Positions 62,606-64,000 of a stretch of 64,000 nt of DNA are shown in pieces. Origin of the DNA: Candidatus Eiseniibacteriota bacterium (GTDB lineage: Bacteria; Eisenbacteria; RBG-16-71-46); NCBI GenBank assembly GCA_044222045.1, contig JBGAOB010000001.1:47364-111363 (forward strand), read 5' to 3'. The position numbers were made by a program, and so were the translations under genes. The notes under the pieces are model-generated. The model was not told the origin of the DNA and ran no database searches. It saw nothing but the letters and a program-made list of their open reading frames with translations. The first letter of the stretch is position 1, and every line of letters begins with the position of its first letter.

Positions 62606-64000
62606 CGCGACTCCCCGGGGCTCTGGTCGGACGCCGGCGCGTTGCCGTCGTGCTCGTCGTCGGATGCGGCTTCGGTCGCGGCTTCGGCGTCGCCCGGCTC
62701 CAGCACGCGCAGGCCGGGAGCGGCTTCGCCCGCGGCCGCACGCGGCGCCTCGCCCACGGGCTCCAGGCGCGCGGCCAGCGCTTCGGCGTCGCGCGTCTCT
62801 TCTTCGAGTCGACGCGCCAGCCGTTCGGCGGCGCGCGACGCGCGCTCGCCCGCGGCGGACAGGCGCTCGCCCTTGCTGGCGGCGTCCTGCACCATCTCGC
62901 GCACGCGCTCGAGCAGCCGCTGCGCGTCGTCCCACGTGCGGCGCTCGGGCGCTCGGCGCTCGGGCGCGGCCGGAGCGGGGACGGCCACCTGCTCGAAACG
63001 CGCCAGCGCGCGCTCGCGCACGGTGCGCATGCGCTCGGCCGCGTGCGCCACTTCCTGCTCGATGTCGCGCGCGAGGTCGCTGGTGCGCTCGGTCGCTTCG
63101 CGCACGTCGGCCGCGAGCTGGCGCAGTTCGCCGGTCAGCGTGTCGCCTTCCACGCGCGTGCCGCCGACCACGGCGTGGATCGCGATCAGCGTGGCGCGAT
63201 TGCCCAGGCGCTGCACGTGACTGGCGATGTCCTGCACGTGCATCAGGCTGCTCGAGATGGACTCCACGCTCTCGGTGGAGCCGGCGACCAGTTCCTCGAG
63301 CGCCGCGCGCGCGGCCTCGCGGAAGCGGTCGTCCATCGGGGCCGCCGCGGGCTCGGGCGCCGCGGGCGTCACCTGCACGAGCGCGTTCTGCAGTTCGAGC
63401 GACAGGCGCTGCAGCTCGCGCACGGTCGTGAGCAGCGCGGTCGCTTCCACGAAGCCGCGCTCGGCCTGCTCGGCCGACTCCTGTGCGTCGCCCAGCGTGA
63501 CCACCAGCTCCGACGCGATCTGGCGCGCCACCTCACGGTGCTGCTCGGTGACCTGGCCGGTGCGGCCGATGCCCCTGTCGAGCACGGCCGCGAGCGCGGC
63601 GGGCTCGCCCACCTCGAACGACGGCGCCTGCCAGCGTTCGGTGGCCAGCCAGCGCTCGAGCGCGCCGCGCAGCGCCACCAACTGGTGGCGCGTGGTCTCC
63701 ATGTCCTCGGCCGCGCGCGAGGTGCGGCGCACGTGCGCGAGAACGATCTGCGTGGATTCGGACAGTTGCGACAGCTCGCCCCAGCCGTGTGCCGCCGGCA
63801 GGCCGCGCAGGTCGGCGGTGCGCCCGGTGTGCAGGCCGCGCAGTACGCCGCGCAGGTGCGAGACGACGTGGTGGTCGAGCCACAACGCCGCCGCGAACGC
63901 GGCGAGTGCCGCCGCACCACCGACGGCCGCGAGCGCGGGCACCAGGAACGACGCGTCGCTCTCGCCGGGCACCCACAGCGCTCCGTACACCCACAGGCCG
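62602..64000 (-). CDS. methyl-accepting chemotaxis protein-like transducer (5' end probably outside window)
   Basis: N-terminal TM helix; divergent MCP signalling hairpin …VQDIASHVQRLGNRATLIAIHAVVGGTRVEGDTLTGELRQLAADVREATERTSDL…. The track start at 63990 is a GTG inside a hydrophobic stretch that continues to the window edge. Confidence 0.6.
   Translation of the reverse strand, partial: GLWVYGALWVPGESDASFLVPALAAVGGAAALAAFAAALWLDHHVVSHLRGVLRGLHTGRTADLRGLPAAHGWGELSQLSESTQIVLAHVRRTSRAAEDMETTRHQLVALRGALERWLATERWQAPSFEVGEPAALAAVLDRGIGRTGQVTEQHREVARQIASELVVTLGDAQESAEQAERGFVEATALLTTVRELQRLSLELQNALVQVTPAAPEPAAAPMDDRFREAARAALEELVAGSTESVESISSSLMHVQDIASHVQRLGNRATLIAIHAVVGGTRVEGDTLTGELRQLAADVREATERTSDLARDIEQEVAHAAERMRTVRERALARFEQVAVPAPAAPERRAPERRTWDDAQRLLERVREMVQDAASKGERLSAAGERASRAAERLARRLEEETRDAEALAARLEPVGEAPRAAAGEAAPGLRVLEPGDAEAATEAASDDEHDGNAPASDQSPGESR

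Overview
This window is very GC-rich (about 70%) bacterial chromosomal DNA with almost no stop codons in any frame, so I called genes from domain content, signal peptides, RBS-like sequences and third-codon-position GC rather than from ORF length. The backbone is a complete F1Fo ATP synthase operon on the minus strand, in the order atpZ, an AtpI-like/atpB fusion, then atpE-F-H-A-G-D-C. Around it are an ECF sigma factor coupled to a Ser/Thr kinase with TPR repeats, a korAB 2-oxoacid:ferredoxin oxidoreductase operon with a thioredoxin-reductase-like flavoprotein, a ferredoxin, two M20 peptidases, a KefB-type antiporter, NUDIX, YajQ, TPM/LemA, a DUF222-HNH endonuclease, a large hybrid histidine kinase, and a chemosensory-like three-gene operon that runs off the window end. 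The accessory content is dominated by seven large secreted proteins (at 5.5-17.8 kb and 52-58.7 kb) that all end in the same 70-80 aa T9SS type-A-like C-terminal sorting domain. Four of them are built from a repeat of about 55-60 aa (DG-GG...W.D.R...YAQR) that I do not recognise; the other three are NHL, FG-GAP and Kelch/galactose-oxidase-like proteins. T9SS cargo plus high GC suggests an FCB-group lineage such as Gemmatimonadota; that is an inference. Other observations: atpC is present three times (one genuine, one frameshifted, one decayed), each with its terminator hairpin; two families of dispersed terminator hairpins; the epsilon subunit is only 90 aa; AtpI and AtpB share one frame with no stop between them; a C9 tract sits in the RBS region of a sorting-domain cargo gene; and two paralogous propeller proteins share the tail TTWGRLKSLYR and flank the hybrid kinase. 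I found no CRISPR, rRNA or convincing tRNA. No single complete novel defence or mobile system stands out. The best candidates for undescribed biology are the sorting-domain cargo repeat family, the TTWGRLKSLYR-tailed propeller pair, and the CheA-less chemosensory module.
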